A stretch of DNA of 64,000 bases from an uncultured archaeon (GCA_964619365.1 CAZUDQ010000006.1:29437-93436), one strand, 5' to 3'; shown: positions 37,434 to 47,720, numbered from the stretch's first letter. A program made the numbers and translations. The notes: generated from the letters alone by a model not told the origin.

Positions 37434-38666
37434 TTAGAAACTTGATAAGGTCTTTTGGCTAACATCATAATAATTGTCGTTTGCCTCGCGACCAAAGACC
37501 GGATGTCCATACATGCCGCCGCCGCCTGAAATGTACTTTATTTTCCCAGTCCTAAATTCTTCGATTATCTCGGCCAGTTTCTTGTTTGATTCAGATATTT
37601 TGGTCAAAGGCACGTTAAGGAGTATTTCAGATTCGTTGCCAAGCTTTTGAGTCAATTCGTTCCACGCGCTTTGGACTTTTAGGCTTGTTAAGGTTTTAAC
37701 ACCTATTGCCATCCCCAGACATTCTGCTAAAGGTACAGTCTTTATGTAAGGCGGCCTGTACGAAGGGTGTTTTGTCTCGTTTCCACCAGAAAGTTCAAAT
37801 ACTCGTTCTACGACTCCTTTTTTTATTATTCCGCCACATTCAGGACAACGCCTTTTCATTTGCTGGGCGTCTTTTGGATGAAACTTAAGGTAACATCGTG
37901 TGCACGCCGTCTCATGGTATTTTCCTTCGCGCGGGTCAAGACCCACATTAAGTATTATTTTCCGCCCACCTTCTCGTAGGATAGCTTTTTTTATCTCGTC
38001 AAAGGACAAGTCATCAATCTTCAGGCGATTAAACTCCCGCCCTATTCTATGTGGGTGCGGACTGTGGGCATCACTATTTGAAAGGAATGTTAAGTCTTTT
38101 AATTCTGTAATGGTGTCTGCCATATCGCAGTCTGCGGAAAGTCCAAGTTCAAGAAAGGATATATGTTTTAAAGCCTCGCCATAGCAATCCTTTAACGAGT
38201 CATGCGCCTTATAAACTGAAGTCCAGGGGGTAAATGCGTGACAGGGTCCGATTAACGCCCCGCATTCGTTTGCAAGCTCTGCTATCTGCTCGCCTGAAAG
38301 CCTTAGGTGTGGGCGTCCTTCAGTATCTATGTCCTTAGAATCTTTTTTTATGCGCTCTCTAAAGTCTATTGCGCTTGACAGCTCCGGAAATAAAAGAAGA
38401 TGGTGCACGCGCCTGTCATCTTCGACTTCTGCCGTTATAAGAAATCGTGTGGGTGAATCTCCATAAGAGTATACTCCTGAGTCGTTATCAGGAACCAGAG
38501 TCTCTTTGATATGTGCAATCCAGTTTGGGTTTGTAGCATCGCCGGTTCCAATGACGTCAAGACCTTTGCCCTCGCATCCTTTTGCCAGGCTGGGGATATC
38601 CATATCTCGTGAACAGCCTCCAGAATATTTGGAGTGTATATGGAAATCTATATTTGCCTCTTGCAT
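37434..38666 (-). CDS. Endonuclease Q / TIGR00375 PHP-family protein
   Basis: DFHIHSKYS, HAFTPWTS, ELGLSAD, NSDAHS, GKYHETACTRC, CPECGG. Confidence 0.9.
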   Translation of the reverse strand: MQEANIDFHIHSKYSGGCSRDMDIPSLAKGCEGKGLDVIGTGDATNPNWIAHIKETLVPDNDSGVYSYGDSPTRFLITAEVEDDRRVHHLLLFPELSSAIDFRERIKKDSKDIDTEGRPHLRLSGEQIAELANECGALIGPCHAFTPWTSVYKAHDSLKDCYGEALKHISFLELGLSADCDMADTITELKDLTFLSNSDAHSPHPHRIGREFNRLKIDDLSFDEIKKAILREGGRKIILNVGLDPREGKYHETACTRCYLKFHPKDAQQMKRRCPECGGIIKKGVVERVFELSGGNETKHPSYRPPYIKTVPLAECLGMAIGVKTLTSLKVQSAWNELTQKLGNESEILLNVPLTKISESNKKLAEIIEEFRTGKIKYISGGGGMYGHPVFGREANDNYYDVSQKTLSSF

Positions 38667-38704
38667 TCTTTTTTTGTTTACTTTTCTGTTGAGTATAAGC
38701 TTTC

Positions 38705-39493
38705 CTACCGTATATAACGGTCAACGTCCTCATCAGAGCTGACTTGTCCGCCGGCCAGTGCCATCTGAAGAGCATGCTCCTGCTCATCTTGCATCTGCTT
38801 TATCTTTGAGAGTTCTTCTTCAGTCTTTTTAGCCTTCTTCTTAAGGTCGCGCATGTCGACCTCGATTCCAACAACCTTTGAAAGTTTCTCGAGGAGCACT
38901 TTTGCAGCTTTGGCATCAACCACTTGTCCCAGTGTTTCGGCCATAAGACAAACTCCGTCAAGCTCGCGAAGGGCGCCAAGACCTAAAAGGAGACCTGATG
39001 CGCCAAATATTCCACCGCCTTCTCTTCCTGTGAACTTAAGTTTGAATTCCTTATGTGACTCAATCAGCTTTGCGTTGTTTGCCGCGGCAAATACTGCAGG
39101 GCGCTTGACTACCTTTCCTATGCCAAGACCTCCAAGAGTGTAAATCACCTTAGGCTTGAATTCTTCTAGAACGTCAAGAATCTTTCCTGCAATCTCATAC
39201 TGCGACTCTGGAGTCATCCCCTGAAAGTCCCCTGCTATTATTATGAAATCCTGACCATTCTCATTAAAGTGATGAAACTCATTTTTCACCTGGTGAACGA
39301 TGCCTTTCTTGTCGGTTATTACCTGAGGTGGAAAATATGGGGAATATATCTCACAAAAAGGTGTTGTTTTCTTTTTTGACAAAAGATGGTCAACAGCTAT
39401 TTTTCCAACAAGCCCTATGCCTGGAAGCCCTTCTATTACTATGGGGTCTTTTAACTCCGGTTTTGAATTGAATATGACTTGGGTTTCTTTCAT
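38705..39493 (-). CDS. PAC2-family proteasome assembly chaperone
   Basis: IEGLPGIGLVGK, YSPYFPPQV, TLGG; synteny after nop10. Confidence 0.9.
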   Translation of the reverse strand: MKETQVIFNSKPELKDPIVIEGLPGIGLVGKIAVDHLLSKKKTTPFCEIYSPYFPPQVITDKKGIVHQVKNEFHHFNENGQDFIIIAGDFQGMTPESQYEIAGKILDVLEEFKPKVIYTLGGLGIGKVVKRPAVFAAANNAKLIESHKEFKLKFTGREGGGIFGASGLLLGLGALRELDGVCLMAETLGQVVDAKAAKVLLEKLSKVVGIEVDMRDLKKKAKKTEEELSKIKQMQDEQEHALQMALAGGQVSSDEDVDRYIR

Positions 39494-39533
39494 TTTAAGC
39501 AGTTTTTATTTGGTTTATTCTGAGTTATGTGCA

Positions 39534-39698
39534 TTATTGCTTTTCAGTCTCTTTATCCATCCTGCGGTAGGCGCCGTATTTGTCTTCAGGACTGTATCTT
39601 GGAGGCTCTGAATTAGCGGTGCGCTCGTTGCATTTTGGGCAAAACCCTTTTAGAGTATAAAGGGAGCATGCAGGACACCACTTTATTAGGGTTTTCAT
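39534..39698 (-). CDS. nop10: H/ACA RNP protein Nop10
   Basis: Manually translated MKTLIKWCPACSLYTLKGFCPKC...PPRYSPEDKYGAYRR. Confidence 0.93.
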   Translation of the reverse strand: MKTLIKWCPACSLYTLKGFCPKCNERTANSEPPRYSPEDKYGAYRRMDKETEKQ

Positions 39699-39731
39699 TT
39701 GCTTTTTTAAAGAATTTTAAGGAATAAAAAA

Positions 39732-40532
39732 CTATGCTTTGGCCTTGAGCTTCTTATTGAATTCAAATGTCGCATGGTTCTTGTTTGCAACCTTTTCTAT
39801 TGTCTCATAACAGGCTTTCATCGACTTTTCTGCCGACTTGTAATCCTCTGCGGTGATATCAATCCGGTAGTTTGGAGGTGCGATATAACTTAGCTTGCCT
39901 TCGATTCCTTCCGAGAAAGTGTCTTTTCCTGCAAGAAGTGCAGACTTCACCCCAACAACGCCATTAGGTTCTGAGGAATGCAACGTGACAAAGCCCTTTA
40001 TTGAAACAAGAGTGGGTGTTATGTTCTCACAAATAGCGGTCACAAACTTTGTTCGTAATCCTTCGTCCTTTATGTATTTTTTAAAATCTTCTTTTTCATT
40101 TGCAACAGCAGCAAAGGCGTCATAGATAGAATCATAATCTTCCAGGAGGTTGTCCCCTAGCATCGCTTCAAGATCCTTTCTTGCCACCTCGTTTTCCTTG
40201 GCAAAGTGCTCAATGAGCTTTTCAATCCTTATCTCAAGCTTGAATTCTTTTAGTTTGTTCCTGCGCTCGTTATCGTTTACTACTTTTAGGCTAAGGTCGA
40301 TATGCTCACGCTCAGGGTTGACGCGCAATACTTTAAGGACAGCCTTCTGCCCTTCTTTTAGGTAATCACGAGGATTTTTAACCCATTTACGGGAAAACTC
40401 CTTTATGCTCACCATACCTTGCTTATTGCCATACTCGTCAAGGTGTACAAAGGCGCCGTAGCTAAGAACGCTTTCAACTGTTGCTACTACAAGCTCGCCT
40501 TTGTCGGGATAATCGCCCTCTTCAGAAGACAT
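39732..40532 (-). CDS. eif2a: Translation initiation factor 2 alpha subunit
   Basis: YPDKGELVV S1 domain, IDLSLK, YIAPPNYRI; start MSSEEG. Confidence 0.94.
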   Translation of the reverse strand: MSSEEGDYPDKGELVVATVESVLSYGAFVHLDEYGNKQGMVSIKEFSRKWVKNPRDYLKEGQKAVLKVLRVNPEREHIDLSLKVVNDNERRNKLKEFKLEIRIEKLIEHFAKENEVARKDLEAMLGDNLLEDYDSIYDAFAAVANEKEDFKKYIKDEGLRTKFVTAICENITPTLVSIKGFVTLHSSEPNGVVGVKSALLAGKDTFSEGIEGKLSYIAPPNYRIDITAEDYKSAEKSMKACYETIEKVANKNHATFEFNKKLKAKA

Positions 40533-40534
40533 TG

Positions 40535-40705
40535 TTAAAATGACCTCTTGACTTCTCCTTCGACTTTTGCAGCGCCTCCAGTAGGTGAAACAAGAGTCTT
40601 GTCGCACACAAGGCATTTAACAACAGTCGCGGAGCGGTCGAATGTGACCTGCGTATTGCCGCAGTTCTTGCACTCGACTTTAATGAATTTGCTTTTAGTT
40701 TCCAT
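40535..40705 (-). CDS. rps27e: 30S ribosomal protein S27e
   Basis: Manually translated METKSKFIKVECKNCGNTQVTF...VKCLVC...PTGG. Confidence 0.94.
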   Translation of the reverse strand: METKSKFIKVECKNCGNTQVTFDRSATVVKCLVCDKTLVSPTGGAAKVEGEVKRSF

Positions 40706-40714
40706 TTTTTAGAT

Positions 40715-41416
40715 TTAATTTATAGTGAGGATATTGATATTAAGTCCGTGATCAACAAGTTCAAGGAAATCCTTAATGGTGATTTTGTTATTAGGATTAT
40801 TAAAATCCTTAAAGTTCTTTGTGCTCATTGGGGATGCAGATGTTACTGTAGAGCCTTTTGGTATCTGGGAGAGTCTTAATTGTGCCGCGCGCTCCCTTAG
40901 GGCAATAATTGGTGAATATCCACCTGATGAATCTGTGTGTTCTCTTGTATGCGGGAACTCCTTGACTGTGTAACCGAGCATTGATAATGTTTCGCGCGGC
41001 TCGTCCATTATTTTCTCGTATCTTGCAAGGAAACTTGGGTCGTGGTAATATACTGAGCCTCGTCCCCTAAAACCATGATTATCCATCACGCGTATCTTGT
41101 CATAAAGTACCTGGCTTATGTGTGCTACATCAATGTAGGGATAATGCTCGAGCATGACATGATAACAACGTGGGCATCCAACTATTGCAAGACTATATTT
41201 TTCCAACATTGGACGAGATTCTTCTGCGATGTCATCAATTCGCTTCTCATCACGCCCAAAATACTCGCACCCACATGAAAAATCAAAGACGTCAGGCTTT
41301 ATTCCTACTTTATTTAATACTTTGACACCAAGGTATGCTTCTTCATTACCACACTCGGAGCACCCCATGTGCAACATAACCCTTTGGCTCTTGCGCTTGC
41401 TAAGTATCGGAAACAT
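40715..41416 (-). CDS. CCG-domain (HdrB/GlpC-like) Fe-S protein with a Cys-less second domain
   Basis: HMGC, SCGC, GCPRC; then YHDPSFLAR, DSSGG, SASPMS. Confidence 0.7.
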   Translation of the reverse strand: MFPILSKRKSQRVMLHMGCSECGNEEAYLGVKVLNKVGIKPDVFDFSCGCEYFGRDEKRIDDIAEESRPMLEKYSLAIVGCPRCYHVMLEHYPYIDVAHISQVLYDKIRVMDNHGFRGRGSVYYHDPSFLARYEKIMDEPRETLSMLGYTVKEFPHTREHTDSSGGYSPIIALRERAAQLRLSQIPKGSTVTSASPMSTKNFKDFNNPNNKITIKDFLELVDHGLNINILTIN

Positions 41417-41480
41417 ATTTAAAATAAGGAATCGTGCCTTGAAATCTAAGGAAAAGGCACAAAAACTAAAAATAAGGAAA

Positions 41481-41837
41481 TTACTTTACGAGAACGCCGT
41501 TTACAACGCCATCCTGACTTGGACGGGAAGTAATTTTTGTCTTGCCAAGTTCAGTTTCAACAACACCGCCCATACTAAGCACGCTTTCACGTTTAAAGTC
41601 CTTGTTTGCAGGGTTGTCTTCTACTGCCACTATCTTGACTTTTTTTGTCTTGCCGGCATCTGAAACATTAACATATGAGACTTTAGTTGCAATTGTTTTC
41701 TCGCCGCCGCCACGTACAGGGATATTCTTTCTCTCCTCTATTTCAGAGACTTTTGTCTTTACAGGGTCTGATCCAAGCTCCTGTTTTGTCTTCTTTCTCC
41801 TCACAAGCTTTGAGGACCTTCCTTGGAATTGTGCCAT
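41481..41837 (-). CDS. rps8e: 30S ribosomal protein S8e
   Basis: ELG, VRGG, NPANKDF, TSRPSQDGVVNGVL. Confidence 0.93.
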   Translation of the reverse strand: MAQFQGRSSKLVRRKKTKQELGSDPVKTKVSEIEERKNIPVRGGGEKTIATKVSYVNVSDAGKTKKVKIVAVEDNPANKDFKRESVLSMGGVVETELGKTKITSRPSQDGVVNGVLVK

Positions 41838-41986
41838 TTTAAATTGATTTTTGAGTTTATATTAAAATTACTCGTGAAAATGCGGATAATTTGAAGCTTC
41901 TTATATAAATACTGTATACTCGCTTTTAGGGGCAAGCTGGATAGTTTTAGAGATTTTTAAGTAATCCACATTAATTATTAGTAAGG

Positions 41987-42421
41987 ATGATATGTAAAAG
42001 TATGAGGAAAGGGGGGAATATCGGCATGTTAATAGTTCTTTTCTGTTTGATACTTGTGGTTGGAATGGGCCTGAGCTATATCCTTGGCTTCTGGAATCCT
42101 GATACAGGTAATGCTGAGGGGGACTTTGTGGATTCTGGGCTTAGTGCCGGATACGTGTGGACTGCAGATACGCCCGCTGCAGGCTCAAGTCCAAAAGGTC
42201 CTGAAACAATGATAGTTACAATACGCTCCAAAAGCAACCCTTGTGGGAATAAACTTTGCGCGCCCGTTTATTTAGGGACTAATGACATGACACTTGAATA
42301 TCCAAGTTCATTTGGCAGTTTTGCAGGGGGGGAGGAAGTAAGCGCTCTTGGAACAATTAATGGGGACAAGATAGTTTCTGAAGAAGTCTCCTTGTTACTA
42401 GAAATGGAGGTTATGGAATGA
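41987..42421 (+). CDS. Hypothetical membrane-anchored protein
   Basis: N-terminal TM; overlaps the next gene (ATGA). Confidence 0.55.
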   Translation: MICKSMRKGGNIGMLIVLFCLILVVGMGLSYILGFWNPDTGNAEGDFVDSGLSAGYVWTADTPAAGSSPKGPETMIVTIRSKSNPCGNKLCAPVYLGTNDMTLEYPSSFGSFAGGEEVSALGTINGDKIVSEEVSLLLEMEVME

Positions 42422-43992
42422 ATAATAATATCTTAAAGGCCGGGTTTTTGATATTAACTGTCTTTGCACTTCTTTCGCTAGCTCAGGGTGTAGCCAATCC
42501 AAAAGTCATAAGTTTCACTGTTACAAATGATGTGGGGGACAGTATAACATTCCCGGCAGAAGGTGCATTCGAACCTATAGAACTTAACGCCAGTGATACT
42601 TATTGCGTCACAGCAGTAGTAGAAAACACTGGGGACTCTGATGTGGGTGTTGGAAAAGGTCGTGTCTTTTGCCACCCTTGGATTTTGCCACAATATATGT
42701 CAGTTGCTAGTCAGCCATTTAGTGTTCCTATCCGTGCAGGGTCCAATATTATGACAGAGGAGTTCTGTGGGGTCGTAAGAAGTGATGCTGTAGAAGGTAC
42801 TTATAATATGTACTGTGCAGTATGGGATTATGACTCAGGGGGGCCAACAGGCACACTTTATGAACATAATTCAATAAAAATTGGGCCAAATCCTGATGAG
42901 ATTAACTTGAAATTTTTATGGAACAAATTAACGTACACCCCAGTTGATTCCATAATAGGTTCTACTATTGATGTGGATAAATTTGAAAACTTCAAGGCTG
43001 AGATAAAAATCCAGAATCTCGGGGAGGGTGCAAATGAGGTCGTGATGAAATGTAATACTGGACCAAATTTGGCACTTGAAACAATAGACGATTTTGCAAT
43101 ACCTGGCAACAGCGATTATATCAAAGAGGTCACTTGGTTAAAAGAAAATCAGCGACTCGATGATTCAAGGGCAAGTTTTTGTTGTTATCTTTACAGAAAA
43201 GATACTGGCGGATATATCTCTGGTGTGGGTTACTGGCCATTTATGGCAAGCGGAAGCAAGACTACGATTTTAATCTATTCGGGCCTGGGTTTTGATAAAA
43301 GCGATTACCTTCCGGGCGAATCAGGAAAGTTTAGTGTAAAAATAGGAAATATGGGGTTTGAGCCATACTCTGGAGAAAGTATTGCTACAGTGAATATTGT
43401 GCAAAACGGAAAAACACTTGCCACAGGAACAGTACCTTTTGGAACTGAGCTTGGAGTGGGTCGGCAAACAGAATTAGAATTTCCATTCACAATACCACGA
43501 GATGCGGCATGGATGAGCGATATTGACTTTTGTCTTGATTTTGATATAAAGGATTTAGATGGCAATAGTTTTGATACTGTTGATCTCCTTGGGACAAACG
43601 GGGTGACCCCGCTTAACTTAAACAAAGATTACTGCAGAACAACAACACTTTCAAAACCTGAAGCCATGGAGTGTGTTATGACGTCATCATATACTGCAAA
43701 CTGCAGCCTGGCTAATGAGACTGACGACTATGTGATTATAACGGTTCCGGACGGTTTTGAAGAAGGCAAAATAGATAAAATCGAATATGAACCTGGCGCG
43801 CGAACTACACATATATTCTCAACAGACAAAAAGTCAGTCGTGTTTCTTTACCCGGATAAAGACAATCTAGTTTCTGTATTCTTTAGTAAGGTGGCTTTAA
43901 ACGCCCCGTCGGGGGAATTATCTGCACTCATTATTGCAGTAATCCTCTCAGTCCTTGTGGTCTTTTTTTATAAGCCCGGAAAAAAGAATTAG
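42418..43992 (+). CDS. Secreted Ig/CARDB-like surface protein with C-terminal sorting-type anchor
   Basis: Signal peptide; three V.N.G-type beta domains; APSGE-TM-KPGKKN C-terminus. Confidence 0.7.
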   Translation: MNNNILKAGFLILTVFALLSLAQGVANPKVISFTVTNDVGDSITFPAEGAFEPIELNASDTYCVTAVVENTGDSDVGVGKGRVFCHPWILPQYMSVASQPFSVPIRAGSNIMTEEFCGVVRSDAVEGTYNMYCAVWDYDSGGPTGTLYEHNSIKIGPNPDEINLKFLWNKLTYTPVDSIIGSTIDVDKFENFKAEIKIQNLGEGANEVVMKCNTGPNLALETIDDFAIPGNSDYIKEVTWLKENQRLDDSRASFCCYLYRKDTGGYISGVGYWPFMASGSKTTILIYSGLGFDKSDYLPGESGKFSVKIGNMGFEPYSGESIATVNIVQNGKTLATGTVPFGTELGVGRQTELEFPFTIPRDAAWMSDIDFCLDFDIKDLDGNSFDTVDLLGTNGVTPLNLNKDYCRTTTLSKPEAMECVMTSSYTANCSLANETDDYVIITVPDGFEEGKIDKIEYEPGARTTHIFSTDKKSVVFLYPDKDNLVSVFFSKVALNAPSGELSALIIAVILSVLVVFFYKPGKKN

Positions 43993-44475
43993 CCAGACAA
44001 GAACTATTACACCTAAAAAAACTGCCTGGCCAAAATTCCAGATGAAGTCGTGTAATGCGTACATGCCTGAAAACTCCCAAATTCTTGCGATATGATATAA
44101 GGAGGCAATCCGTAGTAAGTTCTCTATTAGTATCAATGCGACAAAAGCTAGAAGGGGGAATGCTATTTCTTTAATCGGTTTTGTTCGCGCTATAAGGGCG
44201 ACAATCAGAAATATAATTACTTCACGAAATGCAACACATAGAGGGATAAGATTCACTTGTAGCTCGAGGTCGGTATAAAATAGGCTTGATTCAAAAACAG
44301 CCACAGGAAGGCCCCATGCCACCTGGAGTAAGTACACGGCTTTTGCTTGCAGTCTTGTTACAGGTTCAAGTAGCAAAGAATCCTCTAGTATTGGGTCGAT
44401 AAGAAGTCCGTAAATTAAGATTAATGCAAGGAGGATAGCTATTGTCTTTATGTCTTTACTCACAATTTTATCCAT
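43948..44475 (-). CDS. Archaeosortase/exosortase family protein
   Basis: Multi-TM; Cys (PLCVAF), Arg (ENLLRI), His (LHDFIW) in family order. Confidence 0.75.
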   Translation of the reverse strand: MDKIVSKDIKTIAILLALILIYGLLIDPILEDSLLLEPVTRLQAKAVYLLQVAWGLPVAVFESSLFYTDLELQVNLIPLCVAFREVIIFLIVALIARTKPIKEIAFPLLAFVALILIENLLRIASLYHIARIWEFSGMYALHDFIWNFGQAVFLGVIVLVWLILFSGLIKKDHKD

Positions 44476-44493
44476 GATAAAAATGCAAAAGGA

Positions 44494-45480
44494 TTACAAC
44501 TTTTTCTCTGCATATACTGCTTCCAGTAACGAAAAGCAATCCTTCATTAGTTCAGATTCTGTGCCATCATATGTGCCGTTGACACTTATTGCGGCAACGT
44601 GGCCGCCGCCTGTACCGTCAAGTATTTCAGCTAGCCTTGGTGCATAGTCTTTTGCAAAGTTTAACTTAGTCTTCTTAATGAAGGTATTGTTGGCGCGAAC
44701 AGAAACCCGTGCCTCCTTATCAGAATCCACGCTGCAGACAAATGATACATCAGCACCAATCTTCACAAGAGAACGAGCCGCGCTTGCTTCAAAGGAACCA
44801 ACATGTGAAAGTCCCACTATCCATTCGTCAAGCCTCTGCATTTCAAGCCTTGATGCCGCTTTTAAGTGTGCAATCTTTCTTGAGGGTTCAGTTGGTATAG
44901 TTATAAAAGAAAGAACTTCGGGATAGGTCATCTTGCATTTATCAAGAAGGTCGGCAACCGTCCTTAGGGTCTCAGGACGTGCAAACTGAAGGTGCGCTGT
45001 ATCTGTGACGATACCTGTAATCAAAGCGAGACATGATTCCTTTGTAAATTCAAAACCTTCTTCTTCTAAAAGAGCATATATTATCTCGGATGCACTTGTT
45101 ATAGTCTCATCAAATATCCCCTCTTTTGCCATGTTCTTTAAGTCGTCATCAGGTATGTGATGATCGGCTACAAAGATATTGCCTGAAAAATCCCTTACAT
45201 TAACTGGGGCAAGCTGAGAAAAAGAACAGGTGTCAACAATAAAAAGAGTATCTACTCCATCAAGACGGGGATTTATTTCAATTTTGTGTCCCAGTTTTTT
45301 CAGAAGGTTTCGCGCCAGGGCATTCACACCACCAGCAGCGGCAATTTTAGCATCTACGCCTTTTGATTTAAGGAAATCATATGCGCCAATGCCTGAACCT
45401 ATTGCGTCGGGATCTGCGTTAAGGTGACATAATATTACGACCTTTCCACCAGATTCTACGACGCTTGAAAGAAGCGTCAT
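44494..45480 (-). CDS. DHH-family phosphoesterase
   Basis: HLNADPDA, VDT, ADHH, GIVTDT, GGGH. Confidence 0.9.
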   Translation of the reverse strand: MTLLSSVVESGGKVVILCHLNADPDAIGSGIGAYDFLKSKGVDAKIAAAGGVNALARNLLKKLGHKIEINPRLDGVDTLFIVDTCSFSQLAPVNVRDFSGNIFVADHHIPDDDLKNMAKEGIFDETITSASEIIYALLEEEGFEFTKESCLALITGIVTDTAHLQFARPETLRTVADLLDKCKMTYPEVLSFITIPTEPSRKIAHLKAASRLEMQRLDEWIVGLSHVGSFEASAARSLVKIGADVSFVCSVDSDKEARVSVRANNTFIKKTKLNFAKDYAPRLAEILDGTGGGHVAAISVNGTYDGTESELMKDCFSLLEAVYAEKKL

Positions 45481-45840
45481 CTACGCGCCGGTAGGTCCGG
45501 TGCTAGCACCCATCGCTGCCGAGAGGTCTTTTGATATCTCCTGGAGCTTAGCTGCAAGCTTTGTTTCCTGTGAAGAAAGTAACACAAGGCGCTTATCAAC
45601 AGTACTAAGTTCAGAATCTATTTGCGACTTTGCATCTATAAGATCAACTTTAATCAAAAGAGGACCTACGGATTTATAAACGTCGCTTTTTGCACCCTCT
45701 AGCGCTTTTTTCGCAGCTTCTGCCTCGGCTTTTCCAAGCTCCATTTGTTGCTTTTGGACCGAAACCATCTGAAGCTGTTCACGAAGCGTTTGATAATTCG
45801 CGAGCTTTTGCTCCATTTCTTTTGGGATTTGTGGTTGCAT
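45481..45840 (-). CDS. pfdB: Prefoldin beta subunit
   Basis: Coiled coils flanking VYKSVGPLLIK. Confidence 0.9.
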   Translation of the reverse strand: MQPQIPKEMEQKLANYQTLREQLQMVSVQKQQMELGKAEAEAAKKALEGAKSDVYKSVGPLLIKVDLIDAKSQIDSELSTVDKRLVLLSSQETKLAAKLQEISKDLSAAMGASTGPTGA

Positions 45841-45980
45841 TTCAATCAATATTTAATTTATTGGCTATTTTGAAACGCACGACATTAAAATGAAATGGGT
45901 ATTTGACTATTTTAGGAGCATTGTCGATAATTGACAACTATGCTTTTTTATTGTGCGCGACGTTTAATAAGAAGATAAAA

Positions 45981-46196
45981 ATGGTAAAGAAAAAGGGAAT
46001 GGATGCTAGTATGGTCTCAGCAATAATCCTTCTTGTGGCAATTATCTGCGCAGTTCTTTTAGGCACTACCTACTATCTCGCTTATGAGGACACGCTCACT
46101 TCAGTTGTTGTTGCATTCCTTCTTTTTGTCGCAATAGATTCAGGGCTTTCTGCTATTCTTAACGCCCCAAGCTGGATAATTCCTTTTATCCGCTAA
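45981..46196 (+). CDS. Small two-TM hypothetical protein
   Basis: MVKKKG start; two hydrophobic helices. Confidence 0.55.
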   Translation: MVKKKGMDASMVSAIILLVAIICAVLLGTTYYLAYEDTLTSVVVAFLLFVAIDSGLSAILNAPSWIIPFIR

Positions 46197-46214
46197 GTTT
46201 TTTCTATAGGAAGT

Positions 46215-47687
46215 CTATGGCTTTTTCGGATTGAATATTATCGTGTGCGCTTTTGTCATATCGTCGACTGAGAACTTAATTCCTTCCCTGTCCATCCCCG
46301 AATCTTTGTCACCTCCAAACGGGAAGTTTCCAAGACCGTGGGCTGGTGCTGCATTGATATTGACAGTTCCGTCTTCAAGGCGTAGCCCCGCATCAATTGC
46401 CTTATTGATATCGTTTGTGAAAACAGAGGCATCAAGGCCGTACTCGCTCTTGTTTGAAAGCTCAATCATTTCTTCATAACCTGAAACAGACATTATTGCT
46501 GCAACCGGACCAAAGGTCTCTTCCCATGCGATTTTCATCTTTGGAGTAACGCCTGAAAGCACAGTTGGCACGTAATATAATTTCCCAAAACTTGTTTCGC
46601 GTTTTCCTCCGCAAAGGACTTTTGCACCCTTCTTTTTAGCATCGGCAACAAGGCTTTCAACTTTTGCTATAGCACGCTCGTTTATCAGGGGCCCTATCTT
46701 TGTCTTCTCATCAAGCGGGTCGCCCATAGTGTAGCCTTTTGCCTCCTTAAGGATTAGCTTTGTGAGTTTGGCGGCAACACTCTTATCAACCAGTATCCGC
46801 GATATGGCATCGCACCTTTGACCTGAGAACTTAAAGGCTCCGGATGCGCATTGTTTTGCCGCAAGTTCAAGGTCGGCATCGGCAAGAACGAGTGCCGGGC
46901 TCTTTCCTCCAAGCTCAAGATGAAGCTTTTGCATGCTGGCATTCTTTGCAATGGCCTTTCCGACTCTAGTACTGCCAGTAAATGATATCATGTCAATATC
47001 TGGATGTGATGAAAGATAGTCTCCTATCTCAGCACCCGGACCTGTTATCACGTTAAGTGCGCCTGAAGGGAGTCCTGCCAGTTCAAGAATCTCTGCTAAA
47101 AAGAGTAGTGCAAGCGGGTCATCAGATGCCGGCTTTGCAATAACCGAGTTTCCCGCAGCTAAGGCCGGGGCAATCTTTGCTGATGCAATAAAAAGAGGAT
47201 AGTTAAAGGGACATATGGCAAGTACTACGCCAATTGGCTGGCGGATTACCATGCCAATCTTTTCCTTGTGCCAGGGAACTGTATCACCAAGAAGGCTTTC
47301 TCCCGTTATCTGCTTTGCTTCCTCAGCCGCATAAAGAAACCTTTCTGCTGTAGCTTCAATCTCGCCCTTTGCAACAGAATAAGGCTTTCCAGCATCAAGA
47401 CAGATGGTTTCAATGAGCTCTTCAGAAAACTCATATATCAACTCGCCTGCGTTCCGTAGGATTTCAGCGCGGTCGACAGCAGGCATCGTGCCTATTGTCT
47501 TTTTGGCGGCAACTGCCGCCTTGACTGCCTTTTCTGCGTCCTTCTTAGTTCCTTTCTGGACCTTTGCAATCACTTCTCCGTCAATCGGCGAAACAACAGG
47601 CATCAGCTCTTTTGAAGATGATGCCACCCATTTGCCCCCTATCAGCATCTTAAATACTGAGTCGGTAGCTTCTCCTTCAGTTGGCAT
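46215..47687 (-). CDS. gapN: Aldehyde dehydrogenase, probably non-phosphorylating GAPN
   Basis: PFNYP, FTGS, LELGGKSP, SGQRCDA, EETFGP. Confidence 0.75.
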   Translation of the reverse strand: MPTEGEATDSVFKMLIGGKWVASSSKELMPVVSPIDGEVIAKVQKGTKKDAEKAVKAAVAAKKTIGTMPAVDRAEILRNAGELIYEFSEELIETICLDAGKPYSVAKGEIEATAERFLYAAEEAKQITGESLLGDTVPWHKEKIGMVIRQPIGVVLAICPFNYPLFIASAKIAPALAAGNSVIAKPASDDPLALLFLAEILELAGLPSGALNVITGPGAEIGDYLSSHPDIDMISFTGSTRVGKAIAKNASMQKLHLELGGKSPALVLADADLELAAKQCASGAFKFSGQRCDAISRILVDKSVAAKLTKLILKEAKGYTMGDPLDEKTKIGPLINERAIAKVESLVADAKKKGAKVLCGGKRETSFGKLYYVPTVLSGVTPKMKIAWEETFGPVAAIMSVSGYEEMIELSNKSEYGLDASVFTNDINKAIDAGLRLEDGTVNINAAPAHGLGNFPFGGDKDSGMDREGIKFSVDDMTKAHTIIFNPKKP

Positions 47688-47720
47688 TTTGGTTGATAAT
47701 AAATTATAATAAACCTGATT

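Noticed and set aside
30181-41416. Ser-to-Cys codon reassignment explaining the Cys-less motifs
   Set aside because: The serines use many different codons (AGT, AGC, TCA, TCC, TCG), and normal TGY cysteines occupy conserved sites in Tes, POR, SepCysS and others
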